Below, piece by piece: positions 46,901-56,874 of a DNA stretch of 64,000 nucleotides. Below the pieces are notes generated by a model. It searched no databases. It was given only the letters and a program-made list of their open reading frames with translations, and was not told where the DNA came from. The stretch is from IMG/VR virus record IMGVR_UViG_3300007735_000804, positions 124,001-188,000 of that record. One strand, given 5' to 3'. The translations under genes were made by a program, and so were the position numbers. The first letter of the stretch is position 1; every line of letters begins with the position of its first letter.

Positions 46901-47003
46901 TAAAAACATTATAATGAAGAGTTCCGTAAATATAAACATCTTTGAAAAATACAGCGTCTTCATTAAAATTAGATTGTAATCCAAAATATTGAGGATCTGC
47001 CAT
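43974..47003 (-). CDS. tail fibre/baseplate-associated structural protein
   Basis: VGIGST.P motifs, YAQLVSIFT...SNSSFG and HSFEYIG blocks shared with 27713-33214. Confidence 0.75.
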   Translation of the reverse strand: MADPQYFGLQSNFNEDAVFFKDVYIYGTLHYNVFNTKLTVQDLDILGSSNFYGPANFYDDVYFTKTVNVGILTVRERLDVGVGGTTLTANANNGRVGIASTNPRTTLDVIGTAIVSDRIGIGSTNPEQKLDVAGSVKIDDFIYDSVNSPGINGYYLNMDSGGVRWIAASPNFSNGIFVQDDGTYIPVTGIAKSFTVLNFVEVNSLGIGTTTITPIPNPSNPNFIADIKTQDLWGFDSTGSIYRMTNVGIQSNTPTSTLDIGGTLHTTGAVDFDATLNVDGNTVLQSSLNVKGATDLDTTLNVDGATVLQTTLNVKGATDLDTTLNVDGATVLQTTLNVKGATDLDTTLNVDGATVLQTTLNVKGATDLDTTLNVDGATTLNDILDVDGDVTFNSATQSTSKDTGALITQGGVGIEKNLNVGEDTKLVGTLELDSSLIDVNNSTASGKFDYRLSSVGSGVSWRPPGVQTQNAIWVTMDGNDANTGYLEGDAKRTVGAAASIAQEGDTIFVRSGVYQENNPIGLRTDVSVSGQDLRLVTIIPNNPTKDVFHVRRGCLIENLNFAGTSVAVAHTGCGAVAFPPTNPANYAVSGYISPGPATEGSSGRWRSPYVRNCTNFMTKSIGMKIDGNHATAATIGNDLKSMVCDSFTQYNENGIGVSITNNGYAQLVSIFTINCDIGIFAASGGSCDLTNSNSSFGNYGLYAVGLGSTEFTGIVSTYPPTRTQPGVDAVSDIVTFANMKDNSNGGIGTVRRPYDGQALFFKIDLSRYPDAITTGLSTTILQQPMLQVQEIIVTNGGSGYSAASPPTVIIRDAGDLTQQPKGPQGVIAEVSPTIDEVSGAITAIDVVSSGRNYLPTQNLEVFIDGTGGATATIVTQPIYYTVDVATAPTPVTGITTVTFNEFIPYELFGGEEVSLKRISRILTSSHSFEYIGTGVDINTATPFKGAVPIKQNEIVALDGAQVPFTSTDQKGNFDIGEGFQINQPTATIRGRDFSKAIQAEVTPLILALR
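45877..46177. repeat. 72-bp tandem repeat x4 (24-aa LNVKGATDLDTTLNVDGATVLQTT)
   Basis: Units start at 45877, 45949, 46021, 46093. Confidence 0.9.
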
Positions 47004-47004
47004 A

Positions 47005-47586
47005 TTACGTTACCGCATCAACTACAGTATTAACAACATTAGCAAACATTCCTGCAGTGTTTAAAATTTGAGAAACTTTATCAAGACCAATTTTACTTTC
47101 TTCAAACACTTTTGTTGTAAAATCTTTTTTTAATAACTCTATCAAATTTCCACTTGTTCCTTTAACATCGACTTTTTGACCATCTATCATAATACGACCA
47201 GAACCAGATTTCATACTAATATTTCTTCCCGCCTTAAAATGCAGATCTTCCTCTGCCTCTATCATAATATTTGTGGCATAAATGCGAACCATTCCGTTTG
47301 CTGAAATGGATACGTTGCCATTATTGCCAATAATAACTATGTCTTCTCGCCCTTCTTCATTTTTTTTACCTGCACAAATTTGAAGAGAGTGATCATTATA
47401 AATTGACATCAATCCACTACTACTTAAACTGATTGATGACTGATTATCTCCATTATCCGTTACGCCATAAATTTTATAAACATCTACTCCACTACCTCCC
47501 ATTTGAGGGTTAGCAGTGTCAATCCTAAAATTAGGATTAAAACTAATTAATTGTCTTTTAAAAAAATTTTTGGGTCTTTCTGCCAT
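47005..47586 (-). CDS. baseplate spike beta-helix-like protein (gp5 C-terminal-like)
   Basis: Beta-strand repeats NVSISANG...NIMIEAEEDLHFKAGRNISMKSG; follows gp5. Confidence 0.55.
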   Translation of the reverse strand: MAERPKNFFKRQLISFNPNFRIDTANPQMGGSGVDVYKIYGVTDNGDNQSSISLSSSGLMSIYNDHSLQICAGKKNEEGREDIVIIGNNGNVSISANGMVRIYATNIMIEAEEDLHFKAGRNISMKSGSGRIMIDGQKVDVKGTSGNLIELLKKDFTTKVFEESKIGLDKVSQILNTAGMFANVVNTVVDAVT

Positions 47587-47587
47587 T

Positions 47588-49552
47588 TTATATTGGGCAA
47601 TCTATTGATGTTTTAATGTCTCCAGAAACCTTAACTGTACCCAAAAGTGGACGAAGAATTGCTCCAGTTCCAGTGTTTGATGTAATTGTAAGAATTGGTA
47701 AGGTATCAATAACATTATTTAGAGGTTTAACTCGATAGATACGACCATCAACAATTTGGGAATCGTAAGTATTTCCAACACTATCAGTAATTACAACATC
47801 TTTATATCCAGTTCCACCATTCTCTATTATCACATCTATAATAGAATATTCATCAATATTACCAATTGAATAATTTTCTCCTTCAGAAACTATGTAAATT
47901 GATTTAATTTCTCCACTTCCATTTAAAGTTGCTCTTGCAACTGCACCATAACCTTGATCTGCATCATCAATAATTTCAACAAATGGTGGAAATGCATAAC
48001 CAGATCCAGGATTTGTAACTTGAACTCCAATAACACTTGCAGTTGTATTACCATCCGAATTAGTTACAACATTTCCAAAAATTGGAACTGCTTCAGCACC
48101 AGAACCACCACCACCAAAGATATTAATTGTAGGTGGGCTTGCAAATTGTAATGCATCCGTAAAACATTGTTGAACAGAATTAATGTCAACACCAGAATTT
48201 ACAATATCTGTAATATTTTGTACAGAATCAAAAGTATCTACCATCGAGTTTGTTAATGATGATACTGATCCAGATGAACCACCACCTACAGTCCATTGAT
48301 TTACAAGATTTTTGAAATTATCTGTGCTTTGATTACAAGCAAATCCCACACCAAATTGAGATAATAAACCTATAGATTCTCTGAGAACATTACCAAGATC
48401 AAAATCTGAGAAAAATTGTAAAAGTTGTACTACTGCTTCTATAGGTCCACTCAATAGATTTTCTAAAACACCAATGACAGAATTTAAAAGAGTTCCTGCG
48501 AATTGATCAACTGCACAACTTACAAATCTATCTACATTATCAACAACAGAATTTAAAATATCAGAAACAACACCTTTTAATTCTTCAATAACAGAACCAG
48601 CAACACATCCAAATGCTTCTTCAAGTGACTTAACTGGTATTACCATAGCTTCTTGAGCTAGAAGACCAGCTTGGTGTGCTAATGCTGGATTACCAGTCGC
48701 TATAAGGAATTGGGCGTAGACTAGATCATATAGTAATTTTAAACCTTCCTTCAATAAACCAACTAGACCTGGAAAACTACCTCCATTTTCTTCATCGCCA
48801 TTAATCAAATAATCAAACATACCACCCACAAAATCATTACAATAAGTAACAATTGTATCTGCTGCTCTATCAATTTCTGTTTGAATTTTTTGAAGATCTC
48901 CTTGAAGTTGTCTTAAATCCTTGAGAAGATTATCGACAGTTGATTTTATTTTATCAATCTGAGTATTTTTAACCGTGTTAGCAAGAGGAAACTTATCTCC
49001 AATTGCATCACTTTCTGGAACTATTTGCTCACCTACTTCTTGTGATAATTGTTGTGCTTGCTCTGGTGTAATGCTTTGAGGTGAACGTTGAGAATTTTCG
49101 GTGGGTTGATTACTTTCACTTGGAGTAACTTTCGCTTTTTCTACTTTACTAGAATAACCAGTAAACGCTTCAAATGGAGATTGATAACTTGTTGAAGGAA
49201 CAAAATCACTTCTACCAAATGTTGCAAGAATAACTGGAATTTGAGCATTATCACCATCTAAAAAGAATCCAAGAACAACATCGCCTTGTTGAAGTTGAAC
49301 TCCAGTCGCTACATTCGCAGCACCACTCCCTGCCGTGGTTGGAATCAAACATTGTGCCCAAGGTAGATCTTCATTTGGAAGATCCGCCTCACTATAAGGA
49401 TGATAACCTAAAATTCTAACCTTAAAACGATTTCCCCAACCACCACCTTCTATTTGTTGTCCCATAGAAGATAATGGTGGAATCTGACCGATCCACCAAC
49501 GAAACCCGTCTCTACCAATAAAGTGACTTTGAAGTAATGATTGATCTAACAT
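47588..49552 (-). CDS. gp5: baseplate hub subunit gp5 (OB-fold, no T4 lysozyme domain)
   Basis: GRDGFRWWIGQ...RFKVRILGYH...LPWA...VLGFFLDGDNAQIPVIL. Confidence 0.85.
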   Translation of the reverse strand: MLDQSLLQSHFIGRDGFRWWIGQIPPLSSMGQQIEGGGWGNRFKVRILGYHPYSEADLPNEDLPWAQCLIPTTAGSGAANVATGVQLQQGDVVLGFFLDGDNAQIPVILATFGRSDFVPSTSYQSPFEAFTGYSSKVEKAKVTPSESNQPTENSQRSPQSITPEQAQQLSQEVGEQIVPESDAIGDKFPLANTVKNTQIDKIKSTVDNLLKDLRQLQGDLQKIQTEIDRAADTIVTYCNDFVGGMFDYLINGDEENGGSFPGLVGLLKEGLKLLYDLVYAQFLIATGNPALAHQAGLLAQEAMVIPVKSLEEAFGCVAGSVIEELKGVVSDILNSVVDNVDRFVSCAVDQFAGTLLNSVIGVLENLLSGPIEAVVQLLQFFSDFDLGNVLRESIGLLSQFGVGFACNQSTDNFKNLVNQWTVGGGSSGSVSSLTNSMVDTFDSVQNITDIVNSGVDINSVQQCFTDALQFASPPTINIFGGGGSGAEAVPIFGNVVTNSDGNTTASVIGVQVTNPGSGYAFPPFVEIIDDADQGYGAVARATLNGSGEIKSIYIVSEGENYSIGNIDEYSIIDVIIENGGTGYKDVVITDSVGNTYDSQIVDGRIYRVKPLNNVIDTLPILTITSNTGTGAILRPLLGTVKVSGDIKTSIDCPI

Positions 49553-50890
49553 TTATAATGCCTTTGCCTCTACATTAATACCAAATGTATCTCTTACTAA
49601 TTTCATCGAAGTATATGAATAATTTGCATCAAAGTGATGGCACAACTCCTTAATCATATATAGACCACTAGTTTCAGTGTCATATTCTTTTGCTTTTGAT
49701 TGTGTGATTTTTGGAAACTGACACTCTATAATATCACCTGCTCTTAAATTTGTGTTCGATGGCACCATTACACTTAAAGTTTGTGTAAACAAAATATTGT
49801 ATCTCATAAGAGATTGAGACTGATATTCCGTTTGATCAGAATTAATTGCTGTTGATACATCCTTCTCCATCGTACCAACGTCATAAACTGCAGTAATAAG
49901 ACGAGTTGGAACATCTCCTAACGTCTTGTCGGATCCCTCTGAAAGTGGTGGTAATTTAAGTTGACTACCAAGATTTTTAGTTTTACCTGCATAATTCTCA
50001 AGTTTAAACATTCCCTCTTCTGGTTTAGAAAATGAAAAATCTAGTGGGTTAAAAAACATTCTATGACTACCATATGTTCCTAACTTTAATTTTTCAATCA
50101 AATTTTGATTTTTTTCGGTTACATAATTCAAAATTTTAAAATCATTGTTTACTTTATTATTATTTTCATCATAAGATTCATTCGCTTGGTTATAAGTATA
50201 GACTGCTTTTGCAGGTTGCTTTATCAAATCATCAACAGATCTAAACTGAAAACCATCTTTTGTTTGATAAAATAAAAATCCTGCAGTAGCACTTCCAGAA
50301 CTTTCAGGAACTGCTTTTGATGCTAACCATATTAATACACTAAATGGTTTTCTTAAATTTCCAATAAATCCATACTTGTTAGATGACTTATCGATTGTCC
50401 CTATCTTATTTGTCTTTAAAGTATCTTTTAAAATTTTCTCTACAGAATTGCTGATTTTTAAACTTGTTGGATATTTTTGTCCAACTCTTGTAGTCTCATT
50501 TGTAATTGCTTCTCTTGAAACAAGATGTAATGTAAAACTTTCTTGGTTAGTTTCAGAAATAACATCAGTAATGCTTGAAACATATAAGTAATCTTCTACT
50601 TTTTTTGAAAAATCAAGTCCAGGATTTGTCTGTGAATTACCTGCAACTTTCATCGAAAGTCTTTCACCACCGCGAAGTGGAAGACCATTATAAATTGATT
50701 GCTTATCAGTTCCCCCTTCTGCAGTAATTGTATTACCTGTGTTTATAATTTTAACCTTTGCTGTAATCGTGGGTGAAAAAATGTCCTCAAAATAATCAAC
50801 GGAAATGGCACCAGTCGAAATATCAATTGTTCGACTGCGATCATTTGACTCTAAAACTAACTCTTCGTATATTGACTTTGTAATCGACAT
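49553..50890 (-). CDS. baseplate hub protein (gp27-like)
   Basis: YFEDIFSP...LPLRGGE...GFLFYQTKDGFQFRS...SGLYMI..LCH.F...LVRD. Confidence 0.7.
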   Translation of the reverse strand: MSITKSIYEELVLESNDRSRTIDISTGAISVDYFEDIFSPTITAKVKIINTGNTITAEGGTDKQSIYNGLPLRGGERLSMKVAGNSQTNPGLDFSKKVEDYLYVSSITDVISETNQESFTLHLVSREAITNETTRVGQKYPTSLKISNSVEKILKDTLKTNKIGTIDKSSNKYGFIGNLRKPFSVLIWLASKAVPESSGSATAGFLFYQTKDGFQFRSVDDLIKQPAKAVYTYNQANESYDENNNKVNNDFKILNYVTEKNQNLIEKLKLGTYGSHRMFFNPLDFSFSKPEEGMFKLENYAGKTKNLGSQLKLPPLSEGSDKTLGDVPTRLITAVYDVGTMEKDVSTAINSDQTEYQSQSLMRYNILFTQTLSVMVPSNTNLRAGDIIECQFPKITQSKAKEYDTETSGLYMIKELCHHFDANYSYTSMKLVRDTFGINVEAKAL

Positions 50891-52668
50891 TATAGGTACG
50901 CCAAATCTAAAAGAAGTTTATTCTTGATAAAGTTATTTAACATCATAAAGTTCGATGCTGGAGTTTGACCAGTATCTCCACCACCTCCACCTCCTCCCAT
51001 AATAACATTCTGTTGAGATGGTGGTTGAGCAATAATAATGTCTTGCCCTCTTCTTTCTGGAGTGATTCCTGCTGGATATGACATTCTTTGTTGTGGTGGT
51101 GCTGATATTTGCGCTGGCGAAGATTTTACTACTCCCGGAGATGTTCCACCTTTAAATTCAAAATGCCCTCCATGACTTCCAGAATAATCATATGCATACC
51201 AACCATATCTAGCACCATATTTTCTCATCCAAGCATTTGAAGGACCATGTATATCTAATGCTAATCCCTTAAGGTGTTTGGATTTTATGGCGCCACCAAC
51301 TTTTACATTTTTTTCAAAACTGCGCTGACTACTTGCAACGTCAGATCCTTTTACTATCCCTCCAGAATCTCTCATCATAGCAGCAAATGCTTCTGCTGCA
51401 GATCTAGAAAGAACTACTGGTCTACCATAAACATCTTTTGCACCATCAGGAGTAAATCCACCACCAGTATCCGCAGTTCCAGATGTATATTGGGAAGAAC
51501 CAGCAGTAACAATAGATGGTTTTGAAGGTGACTGTATATTTTGTTGAGTTGGTTTCCCAAGTGGAGTATTTTTCGCTTTATACATTAATGCTATTTGCTC
51601 TTTTGTATATTTGGAATACTTTGTCCAAGCACCAGGACCTTGTGTTTTAAGTAGTCCCATTGCCAATAAATCTTGATTATTTTGATCAAATCTATCATTA
51701 TCCTTTAATCCAGCAGATGTTTGTGCAGATATAAGAGATCCTGGAATAATTTGATATCTACCAGCTGCCCACAAAGTTTTTTTAACATTTTGATATTGCT
51801 TGACTTCACCAATGCTCATATCGGTAAGATTTTTTCCAAGCCATTTCTTTGATCCTCCCGGGCGATCACCAGCTTGACCATTGTTCATTGCGTTATAATC
51901 ACCACCACTTTCTGGTCCTGCAATAATATCTAAAGCTTGTTTATGAATCGGTTGCAATTTTCCACCTTGACCTGATGTTCCAGGGTCATTATAAGCCCCC
52001 TCATCAGTTATTTCTGTTCCAAATCCAGGAATTTGTTCCCCACTATACTTACCTTGAGTCAAAGGTGTAGTTACAAGACCAAATGCCTCTTCTATCTGCA
52101 CCCCTAATCCAGCAATTGTCGAATTTAATTGGTCAAATGAACTTCTTAATCGATTTGAACTATCTAGAAAATCAAAACTCGCAATATTTTGTCCCAATGC
52201 ACCCATAATATTGCCAAAATTAGCAAATAATTGAATTGTATTGTTGAAGAATCCAGATAACAATTGCCCTGCTCTTTGTAATCTAGCAATAAACTCTTTA
52301 CCAATTCCAAGCAAAGTTGGAAGGTTATTCAATAACCAACCAGCAGTTAAATAACCAACAAATCCTATAAGTCTTTCAAAAAATCCTTTTGAGGTATCTG
52401 CTTGTGCAAGATTTTGAGCACCATTAGGTTTCTGTAATGTATCTACTGCCTCAATTTCATCTTCAAGTTGTTTTCTTCTCTCCGTCTCAACACGACGAGT
52501 TCTCAACATTTTGGTTTGAGTAAATATTTCTCTTTTAACTTTCGTTCTTTTAAATACAACTTGAGAAATATTTTGTATAGACTTATTTGCAGTCGTAACA
52601 CCTTTTTTAGCAAGGTCTGTAGTTTTTGATAGTTTTTGAAAATTAACAGAAGGAGCTAAAAGTGCCAT
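50890..52668 (-). CDS. virion-associated peptidoglycan hydrolase (lysozyme-like + M15 peptidase)
   Basis: ESGGDYNA...AAGRYQI...FD..NQD; SSQRS...SKHLKGLALD...HGGHFE. Confidence 0.75.
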   Translation of the reverse strand: MALLAPSVNFQKLSKTTDLAKKGVTTANKSIQNISQVVFKRTKVKREIFTQTKMLRTRRVETERRKQLEDEIEAVDTLQKPNGAQNLAQADTSKGFFERLIGFVGYLTAGWLLNNLPTLLGIGKEFIARLQRAGQLLSGFFNNTIQLFANFGNIMGALGQNIASFDFLDSSNRLRSSFDQLNSTIAGLGVQIEEAFGLVTTPLTQGKYSGEQIPGFGTEITDEGAYNDPGTSGQGGKLQPIHKQALDIIAGPESGGDYNAMNNGQAGDRPGGSKKWLGKNLTDMSIGEVKQYQNVKKTLWAAGRYQIIPGSLISAQTSAGLKDNDRFDQNNQDLLAMGLLKTQGPGAWTKYSKYTKEQIALMYKAKNTPLGKPTQQNIQSPSKPSIVTAGSSQYTSGTADTGGGFTPDGAKDVYGRPVVLSRSAAEAFAAMMRDSGGIVKGSDVASSQRSFEKNVKVGGAIKSKHLKGLALDIHGPSNAWMRKYGARYGWYAYDYSGSHGGHFEFKGGTSPGVVKSSPAQISAPPQQRMSYPAGITPERRGQDIIIAQPPSQQNVIMGGGGGGGDTGQTPASNFMMLNNFIKNKLLLDLAYL

Positions 52669-52669
52669 T

Positions 52670-54250
52670 TTACATTACCACATTATAATTGAGTTGTGAA
52701 TATAAAACATAGAAGTTATCAGTATTTCCAGAAGGAACAAATGGAACATCAGTAAGTGGTTGTTGCTGTGGTGCAGGTGCAACTTGTGTTCTATCTTGTC
52801 CTCCGCTTGCAACAATTATATTTGGTTTTGGATCTGGTAAAGTTCCAACTGGTGCTATTGGTTTTGGTGGTGCTTGAACTTTTGCTTGACTCGTTTTTTT
52901 AGTTGGTTCTGATAGTTTTTGCTGCAACCCTTCAAAATCAATCGTTCCATATGGTGATGTAGACTCTGTTGGTTGTGTTTGTATGTCATTAAATGCGTTC
53001 AATTGATTTGCAGTATCTACAGAGAATGAAAATTCACTTAACTGTGGTGTTGCTGGTGTTTGTGGTTGAACTGGTGGCATCTCTGCAGGAGTTGGCGATG
53101 CTGCGGTTGGTTTTACTTTTGCTGTTGATGGTTCTTCTTTTTTACCAAAAAATGTACCTTTACCAAATCCAAATTCTCTTGCAACATCTAAACCAGCAAA
53201 TCCCAAACCAATACCAGGAATCGCAGATCCATAAGATAATAAACCTCCAACAATATCACCTTTAGCAATTCGATATGTACCAACTCCAAGTGCTAATGGT
53301 GTAAAGACTTTAGAAGCAACATTTCCTGCACCTCTTAAAAGACCACTAGCACCTTTACCTACATTTTTAGCTGCGCCCAAAAATTTGTCAAGGAAATTTC
53401 CACCTCTAGATAAAACTTTTCCACCACTTGTTGTAATTGGTACTTTTCCAGCAGTTTTTGCAGCAGCAGATCCAAGACCAAATAATTTCGAAAATGCTGC
53501 ACCTGCTGCTCTGAATGGTGCTAAAGCAATTTTGGCAGCTAACCCAGCAATTCTAAAAGTAAGAGCACTAATGGTTCTCATTACGAGACCAAAACCTATC
53601 TTAATTGCAGCAAATGCACCAATAGTATAAAGAACATTTTTAATTACAGAATTTTTAATTTCTTCAAGTTTTTTTGTATCGCCAGATGTAAATGCCTTGA
53701 GAGTTTCAATTCCCTGATTTGTTAACCAACCGAAAAATAGCGTTGTCATCGCACCCATTATTCGGTCAAATAAACCAACAACTTTCTTTTGAATATTAAG
53801 AACTGGTCTTGCTAAAGCTGCTGTTATTCTTCTTTCTAGTAAACTTTCTCGACCAGCTCTAATTTGTCTTTCGTTTAATCTTCTTTCTGCTTCTTGTTCA
53901 TCTTTTAAATTCTTTTGTTCAAGTTGACCCTCTAATAAAAGTTGTCTACCAAGATTTCCAATTCCACCAGATAGAACCTGAACATTAACACGAATTACGT
54001 CTAGACTTTGTTGAAGAGCACCTACAGATTGTTGCGTTTGTTCAATCTGCAAATTTTGAGTTCTATCAACTAAACTTGTTTGTGGTCTTACAATTATAGC
54101 ACTACCCTTTCCAGTTTCTCCGCCTCCTCCACCGCTTGCAAATCCAGATACTCTGGTGCTTCTAAATATTGCTTTTCTTCTCTCCGCAGACAAATAAGAC
54201 CCGGTAACAGGATCAACCCCAGTTTGTGCTATAGTTACGGGATCAGCCAT
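52670..54250 (-). CDS. baseplate hub/tape-measure-like protein
   Basis: Coiled coil plus Gly/Ala-rich hydrophobic segments; position after gp26-gp51. Confidence 0.6.
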   Translation of the reverse strand: MADPVTIAQTGVDPVTGSYLSAERRKAIFRSTRVSGFASGGGGGETGKGSAIIVRPQTSLVDRTQNLQIEQTQQSVGALQQSLDVIRVNVQVLSGGIGNLGRQLLLEGQLEQKNLKDEQEAERRLNERQIRAGRESLLERRITAALARPVLNIQKKVVGLFDRIMGAMTTLFFGWLTNQGIETLKAFTSGDTKKLEEIKNSVIKNVLYTIGAFAAIKIGFGLVMRTISALTFRIAGLAAKIALAPFRAAGAAFSKLFGLGSAAAKTAGKVPITTSGGKVLSRGGNFLDKFLGAAKNVGKGASGLLRGAGNVASKVFTPLALGVGTYRIAKGDIVGGLLSYGSAIPGIGLGFAGLDVAREFGFGKGTFFGKKEEPSTAKVKPTAASPTPAEMPPVQPQTPATPQLSEFSFSVDTANQLNAFNDIQTQPTESTSPYGTIDFEGLQQKLSEPTKKTSQAKVQAPPKPIAPVGTLPDPKPNIIVASGGQDRTQVAPAPQQQPLTDVPFVPSGNTDNFYVLYSQLNYNVVM

Positions 54251-54416
54251 TCGATTGGTTCTTTAAGTTTTCTTCTTCAATATACTGTTGGAGAAGACTA
54301 ATATAAACTTCCCTTTCCCAAGGAATCATATTTTCCAACTCTGTTAATGAATATTTATGATGCTGAATGAGGGCAAAGTTAGTTTTATAGTATGACGCAA
54401 GATCCTCATGCGTCAT
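54243..54416 (-). CDS. gp51: baseplate hub assembly catalyst gp51-like (57 aa)
   Basis: Read by hand: YYKTNFALIQHHKYSLTELENMIPWEREVY. Confidence 0.8.
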   Translation of the reverse strand: MTHEDLASYYKTNFALIQHHKYSLTELENMIPWEREVYISLLQQYIEEENLKNQSNG

Positions 54417-54418
54417 TG

Positions 54419-55138
54419 CTAGGCGAAAAAACTTGTTAGACCCTCCAGAACAACCTCACTTTCAACATCTGTATTTGGATTCTTAATCTTAATAGTATGA
54501 GAAAGTTTTGGCATAGTCTCAAAGAATTTCTCAATTTGCTTAAATTGTTGTGATGTAAGTTGTTCTAGAAACTCTTTAAGTTCTTTCTTTGTTACATCAG
54601 ATGCCGACCAAGATTCTTCTTCATTATAAATTTGCTCGACACAGGCACAAATCATATCAAAAGTATCATCAACAGAAATATTATTATCAGAAGTAAAATT
54701 ATTTTTAATGAACTCTTGCATTGAAGGATATTTCATTCTCAACGTCAGATTTTCATCAAGTTTAATATCTCTTGAATGATCTTCTCTAAATTCTACTTGA
54801 ATATCATCCAAATTAATACTCATTGGAACTTGTGTAGTATTATCATCTGGACAAGTAAGTAAAATGTCTACACTTTCTCCAACAGACTTTCCACGAATAT
54901 TAAGAAACAAATATTCAATATCAAAAGTTGCCAGTTGCTCAATTTTAATACCACGAGTTATGATGCAGTTACTAATAACTTCTTTAACAGATTCTGCGAT
55001 TTGCTTTGGATCTTCACTCTCCATCGCAATAATCAGAATCTTTTCTTCTTTAACAAGAAATGGTCGATATTTAACTGATTTTTTTAATGACGGAATTTCC
55101 AACTCATACGTTGGCGTAGAAATCTTTGGTAAAGGCAT
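54419..55138 (-). CDS. gp26: baseplate hub subunit gp26
   Basis: MPLPKI.TPTYEL...YRPFLVKEEKIL...FDIEYLFLNIRGKSVGE. Confidence 0.85.
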   Translation of the reverse strand: MPLPKISTPTYELEIPSLKKSVKYRPFLVKEEKILIIAMESEDPKQIAESVKEVISNCIITRGIKIEQLATFDIEYLFLNIRGKSVGESVDILLTCPDDNTTQVPMSINLDDIQVEFREDHSRDIKLDENLTLRMKYPSMQEFIKNNFTSDNNISVDDTFDMICACVEQIYNEEESWSASDVTKKELKEFLEQLTSQQFKQIEKFFETMPKLSHTIKIKNPNTDVESEVVLEGLTSFFA

Positions 55139-55164
55139 AATGACCTATAGAACTTCAGTAAAAT

Positions 55165-55172
55165 TATTTATA
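55165..55172 (-). promoter_or_regulatory. T4-type late promoter TATAAATA
   Basis: Exact consensus 27 bp upstream of the gp26 ATG. Confidence 0.8.
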
Positions 55173-55175
55173 GTC

Positions 55176-56015
55176 TTATGGACCAAATCCTGGAGGATAT
55201 TGTCCTATTTCTTTAGCAACATAATCGGGCGATCTGTTCCAATCAATACTATTAGTAGTATCTACAGAAAAATTATAACTTTCTTGAGTTGCACTAAAAA
55301 TATCTTCTGAAGATAATGAACTATCAAGAGGTCTATTCCCATCTAAAGGATCTAAATTATTATTATTTCCTAAAACTTCATCAATACGATTAGTTTTACC
55401 TGCAATATAACGATCATAACTAAATGTTGCAGATACTTTAAGTGTATCAGAACTCATGTATGAGACAGGAATTGAACTCATATTTCTTGGATAAAATCCT
55501 CTGAAATTATACTCAATTTCTTTTTTATAATCCCTATCAAACTTTACAATCTTTACAGCATTTGCTTTATAATATGCAGGATATTGCATTCTTACGAAGT
55601 AATTATTAACATTCTGACTAATTGGAGCATTTTCACCTCCTAATCCAATAGAATTGAAAGATCCACTAGCAATAAATTCCATCCATGATTCTAAAAATTT
55701 AATCATTCTATAATCTCGATCAACATAAAAATCAAAACTAATTTCATCATAAATTCTAGAGTGTGCAAATTTTTCCTGAACTCCCATAAAGTTTCCAGAA
55801 ATTGTATTTGATCCTAAATTAGTTGTTGGAAGTGAAGCACTGTAGCAAAGAAGACCTGCACTTTCTGCAATAAATCTAGAATCAACACCTTTACCCCCCA
55901 AAAAAGTCATCAATTCTGGTGGAAGAGAACCAAATTGAACTTCGTAATGAGAAGTTTGGGCCAGACTTGTTAATAGTGGTTTAATATCCGATATTCTACG
56001 GGGACTTACTGCCAC
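55176..56015 (-). CDS. tail tube-like baseplate initiator (gp54/gp19-like)
   Basis: LLCYSASLP...RIYDEISFDFYVD...ESWM...F...YP...KVSATFSY. Confidence 0.65.
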   Translation of the reverse strand: MAVSPRRISDIKPLLTSLAQTSHYEVQFGSLPPELMTFLGGKGVDSRFIAESAGLLCYSASLPTTNLGSNTISGNFMGVQEKFAHSRIYDEISFDFYVDRDYRMIKFLESWMEFIASGSFNSIGLGGENAPISQNVNNYFVRMQYPAYYKANAVKIVKFDRDYKKEIEYNFRGFYPRNMSSIPVSYMSSDTLKVSATFSYDRYIAGKTNRIDEVLGNNNNLDPLDGNRPLDSSLSSEDIFSATQESYNFSVDTTNSIDWNRSPDYVAKEIGQYPPGFGP

Positions 56016-56055
56016 TCTAAATACCTTATATGATTTTTACAGTATAAGTATTTAG

Positions 56056-56493
56056 ATGTCTTATAAGGGAAAATACAAACCATCATACCCAAAAAAATAT
56101 AAGGGAGATCCAACAAATATCATCTATCGTTCTTTGTGGGAGCGTAAATTTATGGTTTATTGTGATACCAATGAAAAAATATTAGAATGGGGCAGTGAAG
56201 AAGTATTTGTATGGTACAAGTCTCCAATTGATGGGAAACCTCACCGATATTTTCCAGATTTTTATATCAAAGTTCAAGAAGCAAACGGAACCACTAAAAA
56301 ATATCTTATTGAAATCAAACCACGAAGGCAGACGGTTCCACCAATAAAACCTCAAAGACAGACAAAAAAATACATCAGTGAAGTCTATGAGTATGCTAAA
56401 AATCAATCAAAGTGGGAAGCAGCACGAGAATGGTGTGCTGATCGTGGATATGAGTTCAAAATCATCACGGAATCAGAATTAGGTATCGGTTAA
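56056..56493 (+). CDS. gp4: head completion nuclease gp4
   Basis: YKGKYKP..P.KYKGDP.NIIYRSLWE...HRYFPDF...EIKP...NQSKW.AA. Confidence 0.92.
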   Translation: MSYKGKYKPSYPKKYKGDPTNIIYRSLWERKFMVYCDTNEKILEWGSEEVFVWYKSPIDGKPHRYFPDFYIKVQEANGTTKKYLIEIKPRRQTVPPIKPQRQTKKYISEVYEYAKNQSKWEAAREWCADRGYEFKIITESELGIG

Positions 56494-56861
56494 TGCCTAG
56501 AAAGACACTTCAACAACGAAATCGCATTGCTCCCCTCGTTAAAAAACTGATTGGGATTGAAAGTGCTGATGATTTAATGCTTGAACTGATGAATGTTCTC
56601 ACAGAAACTAAAGAACCTCCAAGAGCTGGACGTTATTATATTTTTGTTTATAATGCTAAAACACCAAATATGAGATATGATCAAAATCCATTTGTTTATA
56701 TAAAGAATGTTTATACCTGGGGTTTTAGGGCATTAAATTATCATTGGGGTGAAGATAGACAATATACTTGGGATGAAATCGCTGGAGGAATATATGAGAT
56801 TTATAAAGACGAAATTGCAGATATGAGAAGAATACCTTTTGGCAATATTCGAACTAAATAA
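56493..56861 (+). CDS. DNA end protector gp2-like (short)
   Basis: GRYYIFVYNAKT...YDQNP...GF...NYHW; position after gp4. Confidence 0.55.
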   Translation: MPRKTLQQRNRIAPLVKKLIGIESADDLMLELMNVLTETKEPPRAGRYYIFVYNAKTPNMRYDQNPFVYIKNVYTWGFRALNYHWGEDRQYTWDEIAGGIYEIYKDEIADMRRIPFGNIRTK

Positions 56862-56874
56862 CTAAAAAACATAA

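Noticed and set aside
64-55310. Numerous + strand ORFs in the track (e.g. 2314-2808, 14823-15419, 20898-21563, 28212-28640)
   Set aside because: Antisense shadows of tightly tiled minus-strand genes, with no recognisable motifs or promoters
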